Shown: one piece after another, positions 1 through 8,857 of the stretch
How the letters are laid out: each line of letters opens with the position of its first letter
Position numbering within the stretch: the first letter of the stretch is position 1
Source: Dehalococcoidia bacterium
GTDB lineage: Bacteria > Chloroflexota > Dehalococcoidia > UBA2979
Direction of reading: 5' to 3'
DNA length: 64,000 bases
Assembly: GCA_965219085.1 (NCBI GenBank)
Contig: OZ244720.1
Span: 1,472,001-1,536,000, forward strand
Made by a program: the position numbers and the translations under genes
The notes under the pieces: model-generated
Database searches by the model: none
Told to the model about the DNA's origin: nothing
What the model saw: the letters and a program-made list of their open reading frames with translations, nothing else

Positions 1-9
1 TCGGGGCGT

Positions 10-330
10 GTGGGGACCGAGTTGTACCCCGTGCGCTTTCGCGCCGCGGTCATCGACCGCTATCGAGCGCGGCCGGACGTGCAGGTGATCCGCACCCGCA
101 ACGTCGGCCGGGTCTCGCTGCCGCGCCAGTGGTCGCTCGACGTGGGCATCGACGACGATGCCGGTGAGGTGAGCGTGCCGCTGCGCGACCTCGCGGGGCG
201 GCTGCCGGAAGCCGAGCGCGACCACTGGCTCGACCACCTGGTGGACGAGCCGGGCAGCGCGGTGTTCCTGCGCATGCAGTTCGCCGGCGCCGCGTGCATC
301 GACGACGGCGAGCCGGAGGCCTGGGAGTAG
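10..330 (+). CDS. hypothetical protein (may extend beyond window start)
   Basis: GC3-biased ORF ending 5 nt before the JAMM gene; no family recognised. Confidence 0.6.
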   Translation: MGTELYPVRFRAAVIDRYRARPDVQVIRTRNVGRVSLPRQWSLDVGIDDDAGEVSVPLRDLAGRLPEAERDHWLDHLVDEPGSAVFLRMQFAGAACIDDGEPEAWE

Positions 331-335
331 ACCGG

Positions 336-788
336 ATGGCCGCAGACGAGTCAGCGACCGTGCGCATCCCTCGCTCGCTCGTCGACGAGATGATCGCGCA
401 CGCCCGCGAGGACCTGCCGAACGAGGCGTGTGGCATCGTCCACGCGAAGGACGGCACGCCCGTCTCCGCGCACCGCGTGACCAACGTTGCGGCCAGCCCG
501 TACCGCTTCGAGATGCACGGCGTGGAGCAGATGCGGCTGGAGCAGGCGCGCGACGATGCGGGCGAGACGCTGTTCGCGATCTACCACTCGCACGTCGCCT
601 CGCGCGCGTACCCCTCGCAGACCGACGTGCGCATGGCGTTCTTCCCGCCGGGCGAGGTGGAGCAGGAGCCAACGTATCCGGAGGCGCTCTACGTGCTGAT
701 CTCCCTCGCCGAAGACCCGCCGCCCGTGCACGCGTATCACATCCGCCGGGGCGGCGTGATCGAGGAGCAGCCGATCGAGATCGTGTAG
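336..788 (+). CDS. M67/JAMM (MPN+) metallopeptidase, Mec-like
   Basis: PNEACG and YHSHxxxxAYPSxxD JAMM motif; ATG at 336. Confidence 0.9.
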   Translation: MAADESATVRIPRSLVDEMIAHAREDLPNEACGIVHAKDGTPVSAHRVTNVAASPYRFEMHGVEQMRLEQARDDAGETLFAIYHSHVASRAYPSQTDVRMAFFPPGEVEQEPTYPEALYVLISLAEDPPPVHAYHIRRGGVIEEQPIEIV

Positions 789-852
789 CGCGCGACACGG
801 TCATGCGACGCTGGCGCGGGCCGCCCGCCCCGCCTCGCCCGAGGATGAAGCG

Positions 853-1719
853 ATGCTCGCAGCCGTGCCCCCCATCGAGATCGGCGGACGCAGCTTCGTG
901 TGGGGCCTCCGCACGTACGTGATGGGCATCGTCAACGTCACGCCTGACTCCTTCTCCGGCGACGGCGTCCTCGACCCCGCCCTCGCCGCCGAGCAGGCCG
1001 CCCGCATGGTCGCCGCGGGCGCCGACCTCATCGACGTCGGCGCGGAGTCGACGCGGCCCGGCCACGCACCGCTGAGCGTCGCCGACGAGTGGACCCGCCT
1101 CGGAGCGCCGCTGCGCGCGATCCGCGCGGTGATCGACGCGCCGATCACGGTCGACACCTCGAAGACCGGGGTCGCCGAGCGCGCGTTCGACGTCGGCGCC
1201 GACGCGCTCAACGACGTGCGCGGGCTGCTGGGCGATGCGGCGCTCGCGCCGCTGCTGGCGCGGCGCGGGCTGCCCGCCGTGGTCATGCACAACCAGCGCG
1301 ACCGCACCTTCGGCGGCGACGTGATCGACGACATCCGCGGCGGGCTGCGCGAGAGCATCGAGGCCGCCGAACGGGCGGGCGTCGAGCCGCGACGGCTCAT
1401 CCTCGATCCCGGCTTCGGGTTTGGGTGGGAGCCAGCGCAGAACCTCGAGATGGTGCGGCGGCTCGGCGAGCTGCGCGACATGGGCAGGGCGTTGCTCGTC
1501 GGCGTCTCACGCAAGTCGACGCTGGGGCTCGTGCTCGACAAGCACCCTGCGGGGTATCCCCGCGCTGAAGGGGGCCACGAGCGGGTGTGGGGCACGGCCG
1601 CAGCGGTCGCCCTGGCGGTGCAGGGCGGCGCCGACATCGTGCGCGTCCACGACGTGGCCGAGATGGCCGACGTGGTGCGCGTCGCCGACGCTGTCACGCG
1701 GCCCGGAGCCGGCCCGTGA
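853..1719 (+). CDS. folP: dihydropteroate synthase
   Basis: [38 protein letters not shown]. Confidence 0.96.
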   Translation: MLAAVPPIEIGGRSFVWGLRTYVMGIVNVTPDSFSGDGVLDPALAAEQAARMVAAGADLIDVGAESTRPGHAPLSVADEWTRLGAPLRAIRAVIDAPITVDTSKTGVAERAFDVGADALNDVRGLLGDAALAPLLARRGLPAVVMHNQRDRTFGGDVIDDIRGGLRESIEAAERAGVEPRRLILDPGFGFGWEPAQNLEMVRRLGELRDMGRALLVGVSRKSTLGLVLDKHPAGYPRAEGGHERVWGTAAAVALAVQGGADIVRVHDVAEMADVVRVADAVTRPGAGP

Positions 1720-2267
1720 CCAGCGAGGCGCCCCGATCCGCCGAGGCGATCGCGTACCTCGGGCTCGGCAGCAACCTCGGCGACCGCGTCGCGAACCTCG
1801 CGTCCGCCCTCGACGCGCTCGAACGCGCGGGGCTGGCCGTCGAGGCGGTGTCGTCGCTCTACGACACGCCACCGTGGGGCGAGCCGCCGCCGGGCCTCGC
1901 CGAGCCGCCGCGCTACGCCAACGCCGCCGCGTGCGTGCGCGGCGACCTCGCGCCGCTCGACCTCCTGCGGCTGTGCAAGCGCATCGAGGTGGACGCAGGG
2001 CGCGACCTGCACGCCGCGCGCAACGCCCCCCGCGTGCTCGACCTCGACGTGCTGCTCGTCGGCGACCTCGAGTTGGCGACGCACGAGCTCGAAGTGCCGC
2101 ACCCGCGCATGCACCTGCGCGCGTTCGTGCTGGCGCCGCTCGCCGAGATCGCGCCGGACGCGCGACACCCGCGGCTCGGCCGCACCGTGCGGGAGCTACT
2201 CGGAGACGTCGACGCCTCCGAGGTCGCTGAGGTCGAGCTGCTGCTGGGGCGCGGGTGGTGGCGGTGA
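1716..2267 (+). CDS. folK: 2-amino-4-hydroxy-6-hydroxymethyldihydropteridine diphosphokinase
   Basis: [32 protein letters not shown]; GTGA overlap with folP. Confidence 0.95.
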   Translation: MTSEAPRSAEAIAYLGLGSNLGDRVANLASALDALERAGLAVEAVSSLYDTPPWGEPPPGLAEPPRYANAAACVRGDLAPLDLLRLCKRIEVDAGRDLHAARNAPRVLDLDVLLVGDLELATHELEVPHPRMHLRAFVLAPLAEIAPDARHPRLGRTVRELLGDVDASEVAEVELLLGRGWWR

Positions 2268-2291
2268 GGGCCCAGCGCTGAGGGTCGGCGC

Positions 2292-2534
2292 TCAGTCGCC
2301 AGCGGCGCGGCGGCGAGGGATCGTAGGCTCCTCGTCGTCTTCCCAGCGCGCGTACGCCATCGTGTAGCCGACCCAGAACGCGACCGCGGACAGCGCGGCG
2401 ACGGCGAAGCCGACCGGCAGCGCGATCGCTAGGTACGACCGGCGCACGAGGCCGGTCACGAACACCAGCAGCTGCACCGCCGCGCCCCCCATCAGCACGC
2501 GCCCGAGGAGCCGCGAGCGCTCTTCGTTGGTCAC
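2292..2534 (-). CDS. small two-TM membrane protein
   Basis: GTG start overlapping the Trm112 stop; two hydrophobic segments. Confidence 0.7.
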   Translation of the reverse strand: MTNEERSRLLGRVLMGGAAVQLLVFVTGLVRRSYLAIALPVGFAVAALSAVAFWVGYTMAYARWEDDEEPTIPRRRAAGD

Positions 2535-2770
2535 GGGTGCAACTCCTCGGCCTGGCCGCGCGTGGCGGTGAGCGTCTCGTTGAGGTCGGGCGGGAGCAGG
2601 TTGGGGATGCCGTCGTCGATGCGGTACGTGTGATCGCAGGCGGCGCAGCCGAGCGTGCCGACCAGGATCTCCTCGCGGCCGTCGTCGAGCGCCTCGGTCT
2701 GCTCGATGCCGAGCGTGAGCGTGCCCTTGCAGACGGGGCAGACGAGGATGTCCATCAGGTCGGCGCGCAT
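2531..2770 (-). CDS. Trm112/YcaR-family protein
   Basis: LMDILVCPVCKG...GTLGCAAC...YRIDDGIPNLLP. Confidence 0.88.
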   Translation of the reverse strand: MRADLMDILVCPVCKGTLTLGIEQTEALDDGREEILVGTLGCAACDHTYRIDDGIPNLLPPDLNETLTATRGQAEELHP

Positions 2771-2847
2771 CGGGCCTCCGCGGGTGTCCGGGAGACCAGC
2801 ATACGGACGCCGCGACGGAGGCGGCAAACCGGCGACCAGGTTGAGCG

Positions 2848-3135
2848 TCAGTCCACCACGAGAGCGTCGATGGTCGTTCCGAGCGCATCGGCGACACGGG
2901 TCATGGCTGCGACGGAACCGGGCTTGCGTCCGCGCTCGATCTCGGACAGGTAGCCGAGGGAGCTCGCGGCGCCCTTGGACAGATCGCGCAGGGTGAGCCC
3001 GCGGTGGTTGCGGAAGGCGCGGACGGGGCTTGTGCCGTTGATGATGGCGAGGGCTACCTCGTGCGGAACCCGTGCAGCGTCCGCGGCCTCCGCCGCAGCC
3101 AGCCTGTCTTCGAGATCATGGGTTCGCTCGGTCAA
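2848..3135 (-). CDS. XRE-family HTH regulator / antitoxin-like
   Basis: RGLTLRDLS...GYLSEIERGRK HTH. Confidence 0.8.
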   Translation of the reverse strand: MTERTHDLEDRLAAAEAADAARVPHEVALAIINGTSPVRAFRNHRGLTLRDLSKGAASSLGYLSEIERGRKPGSVAAMTRVADALGTTIDALVVD

Positions 3136-3220
3136 CTCTGTACGCCTCCCTCAGATCAGCGTAAACGCCGCCGCCGCTGGCCGGGGGACGCCCACGCGGT
3201 AGACTCGGGGCCGCGCGAGG

Positions 3221-3931
3221 ATGTGCCGGGGGGCGGGCGTGGCGGAAGTCGAACGGATCGCCCTGCGGCGCGCAGTAGCCGCCATCACCGACGACACGAT
3301 CGTGGTGCGGCCGTCGCGCGCGCAGCTGCTCGGACCGGTCATCCAGCTGGCGCTCACCGCGCTCGCGGTAGCGGTGATCGTGCTCTTCCTCGACAGCCTG
3401 CCGTTTGCGGTGGTGGTCGTGCTGACGGTGATTGCCGTGTTCCTCGGGCCGGTCGCGACGCTGGGGTTCGTGTTCGCCGTGATCGGCAGCAGCATGGTCG
3501 TCGACCGGCGCAAGCAGTCGGCGCACTGGCAGCAGGGCTTCCTCGGGCTCGGCATCGGCACCACCACATCGATCCCGTTCGACCGCATCGACCACATCGC
3601 CGTGACGGGCGACTACGACGAGGAAGACGTGGGTGGGCAGGGCCACGACTTCGTGACGTGGGAAGTCGAGATCGTGCGCGACGACGGCCGTCGCAGTGCG
3701 GTGGGCTCGGTGATCGCCGCGCGCTCGCTCGCGGACGTGAGCCTCGACCGCGCCAACCGGGTCGCCGAGGCCGTGGGCGCGATGGCCCAGGCCGAGGCGC
3801 GCCTCGGCCTGCTGCCCGACGAAGAGCCTCTCGAGGAGGCGGAGGGGGCGGAGGAGGGGGCGCCAACGCCGCGACGGCGTCGCCGCGTGGAGCGCGCGAC
3901 GCTGCCGCCACCGGAAGGGGGATCGCCATGA
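3221..3931 (+). CDS. hypothetical membrane protein
   Basis: Two TM segments then a soluble beta-rich domain; start may be GTG 3239. Confidence 0.7.
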   Translation: MCRGAGVAEVERIALRRAVAAITDDTIVVRPSRAQLLGPVIQLALTALAVAVIVLFLDSLPFAVVVVLTVIAVFLGPVATLGFVFAVIGSSMVVDRRKQSAHWQQGFLGLGIGTTTSIPFDRIDHIAVTGDYDEEDVGGQGHDFVTWEVEIVRDDGRRSAVGSVIAARSLADVSLDRANRVAEAVGAMAQAEARLGLLPDEEPLEEAEGAEEGAPTPRRRRRVERATLPPPEGGSP

Positions 3932-4344
3932 TCGTGGACGGTGAGCAGGCGTGGGAGGTGCTGCGCGACCACCGCAGCATCGCGATCGTGGCGCGCTCGA
4001 AGCGCACCAACCGGCCCTGGCACGACGTGGCCGGCTACCTCATCGAGCAGGGCTACGACGTGCAGATCGTGAACACGCTGCTCGATGAGGCGCACGGGCA
4101 GCCCTGCTACAACTCGCTCGCCGAGTTGCCGCGCCCGTTCGAGATCGTCGACGTGTTCCGCCGCGTCCCGGAGGTCCCGGCCGTCGTCGACGAGGCGATC
4201 GCCTCGGGCGCGCCGATCCTGTGGCTACAACTCAAGATCGTGCACGAGGAGGCGATCGCGAAGGCCTCGGAGGCCGGCATGCAGGTCGTCTTCGACCGCT
4301 GCACGGCGATCGAGCACCGCAAGCTGGCCGGGCTCACATCCTGA
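3928..4344 (+). CDS. CoA-binding protein (YccU-like)
   Basis: IVDVFR...LWLQ...VVFDRCTAIEH; ATGA overlap. Confidence 0.88.
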   Translation: MIVDGEQAWEVLRDHRSIAIVARSKRTNRPWHDVAGYLIEQGYDVQIVNTLLDEAHGQPCYNSLAELPRPFEIVDVFRRVPEVPAVVDEAIASGAPILWLQLKIVHEEAIAKASEAGMQVVFDRCTAIEHRKLAGLTS

Positions 4345-5504
4345 CCATCCCGGCGGGGCGCCGCCGCGCTGCCCTGCTGGCGGCCCTGCTCGCGGCGACG
4401 CTCGCCCTCGCCTGCACCTCGGAGGACGCACCACCGCGCGCCACGGGCTTCTACGCCGAAGTCACCGTCGAGGTCGACCCTTCGCCCGACGACCGGCTTG
4501 CTCGCCTCGGGTTGGCCGAGGAGCGCAGCTTCTTTCGCTGGTGGTACGCCCCCGACCCGGCAGGTTGGCGATGGGAACTCGAGACCGTCGGCACTATCAT
4601 CGACGACGGGGTGCTCCTGGGGGTCGCCAACGGCAACGACTCCTGGGCGTACGACGACCGCTCGAACACCTACCAGCGTGGCGTGTTCGACGGGATTCCG
4701 GCCGCGATGGCGTTTTCCCCGTCCTTCAGCGCACCGGTCGGCCCCGCCAACGTCGAGAGCATCGACGAGTTCATCGAGCAGTGGCGCGAGCGAGGCGGCG
4801 ACTTCGAAGTCGACATCGCCGGTGAGGCCACGGTGCTCGGCCGCCGCACGCAGATCGTCGAGCTCCGCCACCCTGCCGGGGGCCTCACCCGCGTCTTCAT
4901 CGACCCTGAGCGCATGTTTATCATGCGCTGGGCCGTCGACGGCGCAGGCGGCGGCCAGTCCTACCGCGTCGAGATCGCCGTGCTCGACTACGACACCGAC
5001 ATCGACGCCACCCGATTCACCTTCGAGCCGCCGCCCGGCACCCGCGAAATCGAGGCCCAGGGCGCCCAGTCGTGTAGTAGCTCCGTGGGCCCGGTCGGTC
5101 TCGGTGGCGAGGCGGCTTTCCCCGCCACTCCCGGCTACCTCAGGCCCTCGTACGCACCACCGGGCTACCAATCTGCCTCTGCCGGCGGCGAGGACAGCTC
5201 CACCGGGTGCGGCCGGGTCGCCGTCTGGGCCCTGCTCGAAGGCTCCGAGGGCGGCTACATCCTCCTCCGCCAGCGCTTCCGCCCGGGCGGCATCCCGCAG
5301 TCGGCCCGCGTGTGGCAAGCGGTCGATTCCGACCTCGCCGATGCCTACCGTCACACCGCGAACGGCGTCGTCAGCCTCCTCTGGCGCGAGGGCGATATCG
5401 TCGCCCTCCTCGACACGAACTCGGTCTCGTTCGAGGAACTCGTGCGCATCGCGGAATCGGCCGAGCTCGTGCCGTCGTCCGAGCAGCTGGCCGGTGGCGG
5501 GTGA
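4341..5504 (+). CDS. putative lipoprotein, LolA/RseB-like beta domain
   Basis: RRR-hydrophobic-LALAC lipobox; GEATVLGR, VFIDPE, FTFEPPPG pattern; start uncertain (CTG 4341 or GTG 4221). Confidence 0.65.
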   Translation: MTIPAGRRRAALLAALLAATLALACTSEDAPPRATGFYAEVTVEVDPSPDDRLARLGLAEERSFFRWWYAPDPAGWRWELETVGTIIDDGVLLGVANGNDSWAYDDRSNTYQRGVFDGIPAAMAFSPSFSAPVGPANVESIDEFIEQWRERGGDFEVDIAGEATVLGRRTQIVELRHPAGGLTRVFIDPERMFIMRWAVDGAGGGQSYRVEIAVLDYDTDIDATRFTFEPPPGTREIEAQGAQSCSSSVGPVGLGGEAAFPATPGYLRPSYAPPGYQSASAGGEDSSTGCGRVAVWALLEGSEGGYILLRQRFRPGGIPQSARVWQAVDSDLADAYRHTANGVVSLLWREGDIVALLDTNSVSFEELVRIAESAELVPSSEQLAGGG

Positions 5505-5561
5505 CCATGAGGGCGCCGTGATAGGATGACGGCCTAACGGGACCATTGGGGAGGGGCGCCC

Positions 5562-7049
5562 TTGATCCCGAGCCTGCACGAGAAGTGCGGCGTACTGGGT
5601 GTCTTCGCACCAGGCGAGGACGTGGCTCGCCTCACCTTCTTTGGGCTCCACTCCCTCCAGCATCGCGGGCAGGAATCGGCGGGCATCGCCACGGCCGACG
5701 CGAGGCTGCCCGAGTCCGACGTCCACCGCTTCGCCCGCATGGGCCTGGTCACGCAGATTTTCGACGAGCAGGCGCTGCACGACCTTGGCGGCGGCACCCA
5801 CGCCATCGGCCACACGCGCTACTCGACCACCGGCGGCAGCCACGAGATCAACATGCAGCCGCTGGTCGTGAGCGGCCCGCACGGCGAGCTGGCGCTGGCC
5901 CACAACGGCAACATCGTCAACGCGGACCTGCTGCGTACCAACCTCCAGGAGCAGGGCATCGCGTTCTCCACCGGGACCGACTCCGAGGTGCTCGCGGCGC
6001 TGATCGCCAACGCGCCCGGTGACTCCTGGCGCGACCGCTTCCACTACGCGATGCGCCGCGCCAATGGGGCCTACTCGCTCACGCTGCTCACGCACGACGC
6101 GATGTTCGGCATGCGCGACCCGCTTGGCATCCGCCCGCTCTGCCTTGGGCGCCTCGAGGGCGGCCGCGGCTGGGTGCTCGCCTCGGAGACGTGCGCGCTC
6201 GACACCCTCGGCGCGACGCTCGTGCGCGAGCTCGAACCGGGCGAGGTCGTCCGCATCGACGAGGCCGGACCGCAGTGGTGGTCGGTGGGCGAGGGGCTCA
6301 ACGGCGACCGTGAGTCGGCAATGTGCATGCTCGAGCACATCTACTTCGCCCGCCCCGACTCGAGGTTGCAGGGCGAGCTGCTGTACCCCGTGAGGATGCG
6401 CATGGGCGCGCAGCTCGCGCGCGAGTACCCGGTCGAGGCCGACATCGTGATCGGCATCCCGGACTCGGCGACCAGCGCCGCCGTCGGCTACGCGCGCGAG
6501 TCCGGCATCCCGTACACCGAGGGCCTCGTCAAGAACCGCTACGTCGGCCGCACGTTCATCCAGCCCGACCAGCGTCTGCGCGAGCGCGGCGTCGCGCTCA
6601 AGTTCAACCCGCTGCCCGAACTGCTCGAGGGCCGCCGCGTGATCGTCGTCGACGACACGATCGTGCGCGGCACGACGACGCCGCGGGTGGTGGCGATGCT
6701 GCGCAAGGGCGGCGCGAGCGAGGTGCACATGCGCATCACCTCGCCGCCGATCACGCACCCCTGCTTCTACGGCGTGGATATGGCGTCGCGCGGCGAGCTG
6801 ATCGCCGCGCACCTCGAGGTCGAGGAGATCCGCGAGCACATCGGCGCCGACTCGCTCGGCTACCTCTCGCTGGAGGGGACGGTGCTGGCGACCGGGCAGA
6901 CCGAGGACCGGCTGTGCACGGCGTGCTTCAGCGGCCAGTACCCGAGCGAGGTCCCGCTCCAGCTCGACAAGCTCGCCCTTGAGAGCGACGGCTCGCGCGA
7001 CCGCCACGCGATCCCACTGCAGAATGCGCCGCTGCGCGTCGCGCACTGA
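5562..7049 (+). CDS. purF: amidophosphoribosyltransferase
   Basis: EKCG, LQHRGQESAG, GHTRYSTT, HNGN, VDDTIVRGTT, PCFYG. Confidence 0.97.
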   Translation: MIPSLHEKCGVLGVFAPGEDVARLTFFGLHSLQHRGQESAGIATADARLPESDVHRFARMGLVTQIFDEQALHDLGGGTHAIGHTRYSTTGGSHEINMQPLVVSGPHGELALAHNGNIVNADLLRTNLQEQGIAFSTGTDSEVLAALIANAPGDSWRDRFHYAMRRANGAYSLTLLTHDAMFGMRDPLGIRPLCLGRLEGGRGWVLASETCALDTLGATLVRELEPGEVVRIDEAGPQWWSVGEGLNGDRESAMCMLEHIYFARPDSRLQGELLYPVRMRMGAQLAREYPVEADIVIGIPDSATSAAVGYARESGIPYTEGLVKNRYVGRTFIQPDQRLRERGVALKFNPLPELLEGRRVIVVDDTIVRGTTTPRVVAMLRKGGASEVHMRITSPPITHPCFYGVDMASRGELIAAHLEVEEIREHIGADSLGYLSLEGTVLATGQTEDRLCTACFSGQYPSEVPLQLDKLALESDGSRDRHAIPLQNAPLRVAH

Positions 7050-7093
7050 GCCCGTCCGCGCTGCCTCGGCGCACTGACGTACCCTGTAGGCCC

Positions 7094-7435
7094 ATGGTGA
7101 AGCGCCGCGAATACGTCACGCCCGACGAAACCGTCGTCGCCACGATGGTGGATCGCATCGTCGACCGCTTCGACCCGCAGCGCATCGTGCTGTTCGGCTC
7201 GCTCGCGAGGGGCGAGGTGACCGCGCACAGCGACGTGGACCTGTTGGTGGTGATGCCGGACGGCACGGACCGGCACGAGGCAGCGGTCGAGATGCATGTC
7301 GCCCTCGGCGGCATGGGGACGGCCAAGGACATCGTCGTCACGACGCCGGACGAGATCGCGCGTCGCGGCCACATCATCGGAACCGTGCTGCGCGCGGCGC
7401 TGCGCGAGGGCAAGGTCGTGCATGACTGCCCCTGA
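7094..7435 (+). CDS. minimal nucleotidyltransferase (MNT/MntA-like antitoxin)
   Basis: LFGSLARG...SDVDLLVV motif, 113 aa. Confidence 0.85.
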   Translation: MVKRREYVTPDETVVATMVDRIVDRFDPQRIVLFGSLARGEVTAHSDVDLLVVMPDGTDRHEAAVEMHVALGGMGTAKDIVVTTPDEIARRGHIIGTVLRAALREGKVVHDCP

Positions 7436-7475
7436 GTCACGGTGCAGACAGGCTGAATCGTGGGTCAATCGATAA
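7422..7475 (+). pseudogene. possible stub of a HEPN partner gene
   Basis: ATG overlapping the MNT 3' end gives MTAPESRCRQAESWVNR then a stop, where a HEPN gene normally lies. Confidence 0.3.
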
Positions 7476-7767
7476 CTGACGGTGCTGGTAAGGGTGACCT
7501 TCGGCTCGTCGCAACAGGCCCGAGCAAGTGTGGGCCACCCCGGCAGTCAAAACATATTTCGGATTGCTTCACCTCCGCTAGTCTCTGCGCTCGTCCTCAG
7601 TCTACGTGATCGGCCGCAATGGTTCGTTCCCGAGATGAACGGGCCTGTCCCGGCTGTCTGCAGCATGCATACCCAGCCTCGGGGCGAGCCCTTCCCACCC
7701 ACCGCTGGTACCATCGCGACTCTCCCCGTACGCGGGCCCTCGAGCCCGGTGAGGCAGTGACGGCGCG

Positions 7768-8835
7768 ATGACCGCGCGGGCACAGCGACCCTTGCGTTAC
7801 GCCGACGCCGGTGTCGACGTCGCGGCCGCCGACGCCACCGTCGAGCGCTTCCGCGAGGCCGCCGAGGTCGCCACGCGCCCCGAGGTACTCGGTGGCGTCG
7901 GGCCCTTCGCCGGGCTGTTCCAGCTCGATACGGCGCGCTACCGCGACCCGGTGCTCGTCTCCAGCGCCGACGGCGTCGGGACGAAGCTGCTCGTTGCAGC
8001 GGCGCTCGGGCGCTACGGCGACATCGGCCAGGACCTCGTCAACCACTGCGTCAACGACGTGCTCACGGCGGGCGCCGAGCCGCTGTTCTTCCTCGACTAC
8101 CTCGCCACCGCCGGCCTGTCGCAGGATCGGCGTGTCGAGGTCGTCACGGGCATCGCCGAGGCGTGCGCGGCGAACGGCGTCGCACTTGTCGGCGGCGAGA
8201 CCGCCGACATGCCCGACCTCTACCGCCCCGGCGACTACGACCTCGCCGGCTTCATGGTCGGTGTCGTTGAGCGCGACGCGATCGTCGACGGCTCGCGCAT
8301 CGAGGCGGGCGACGCGCTGATCGCGCTGCCCTCGACGGGCCTGCAGACCAACGGCTACTCGCTGGTGCGCGAGATCTTCGGCGTCGCGAAGGGCGACGAG
8401 GGTGGCGAGGACGACCGCGACCGCCTCGACGCGTACGTCGAGGAGCTGGACGCGACGTTGGGCGATGCGCTGCTCGCCGTGCACGGCTCGTTCCTCGACG
8501 CCGTACGGCCGCTGCTGCCGATGGTGCACGGCATGGCGCACATCACGGGCGGCGGACTGCCGGGCAACCTGCCGCGCGTGTTGCGCGAAGGCCTGGCGGC
8601 GCGCGTCGACGTCGAGAGCTGGGAGCCGCCGCCGCTGTTCGGCTACATCCAGCGCATGGGGGGCATCGAGGACGGCGAGATGTTCCGCACGTTCAATATG
8701 GGCGCCGGCATGGTGCTGGCGGTGGCGCCCGGCGACGCCGACGCGGTACTGGCCCGGACGCCGGGCAGCTGGCTGCTCGGCGAGGTGATGGCGTCCGGGG
8801 CCGGCGAGGCGGCCGTGGTCGGGCTGCCGGAGTAG
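7768..8835 (+). CDS. purM: AIR synthetase
   Basis: YADAGVD, DGVGTK, EPLFFLDY, GGETA, HITGGG, TFNMG. Confidence 0.97.
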   Translation: MTARAQRPLRYADAGVDVAAADATVERFREAAEVATRPEVLGGVGPFAGLFQLDTARYRDPVLVSSADGVGTKLLVAAALGRYGDIGQDLVNHCVNDVLTAGAEPLFFLDYLATAGLSQDRRVEVVTGIAEACAANGVALVGGETADMPDLYRPGDYDLAGFMVGVVERDAIVDGSRIEAGDALIALPSTGLQTNGYSLVREIFGVAKGDEGGEDDRDRLDAYVEELDATLGDALLAVHGSFLDAVRPLLPMVHGMAHITGGGLPGNLPRVLREGLAARVDVESWEPPPLFGYIQRMGGIEDGEMFRTFNMGAGMVLAVAPGDADAVLARTPGSWLLGEVMASGAGEAAVVGLPE

Positions 8836-8857
8836 CCAGCAGGATGGAGGGCGTCGC

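Noticed and set aside
4107-7046. 979-aa minus-strand ORF and many other long antisense or alternate-frame ORFs
   Set aside because: Shadows of real high-GC3 genes; Arg/Ala/Pro-rich with no motifs
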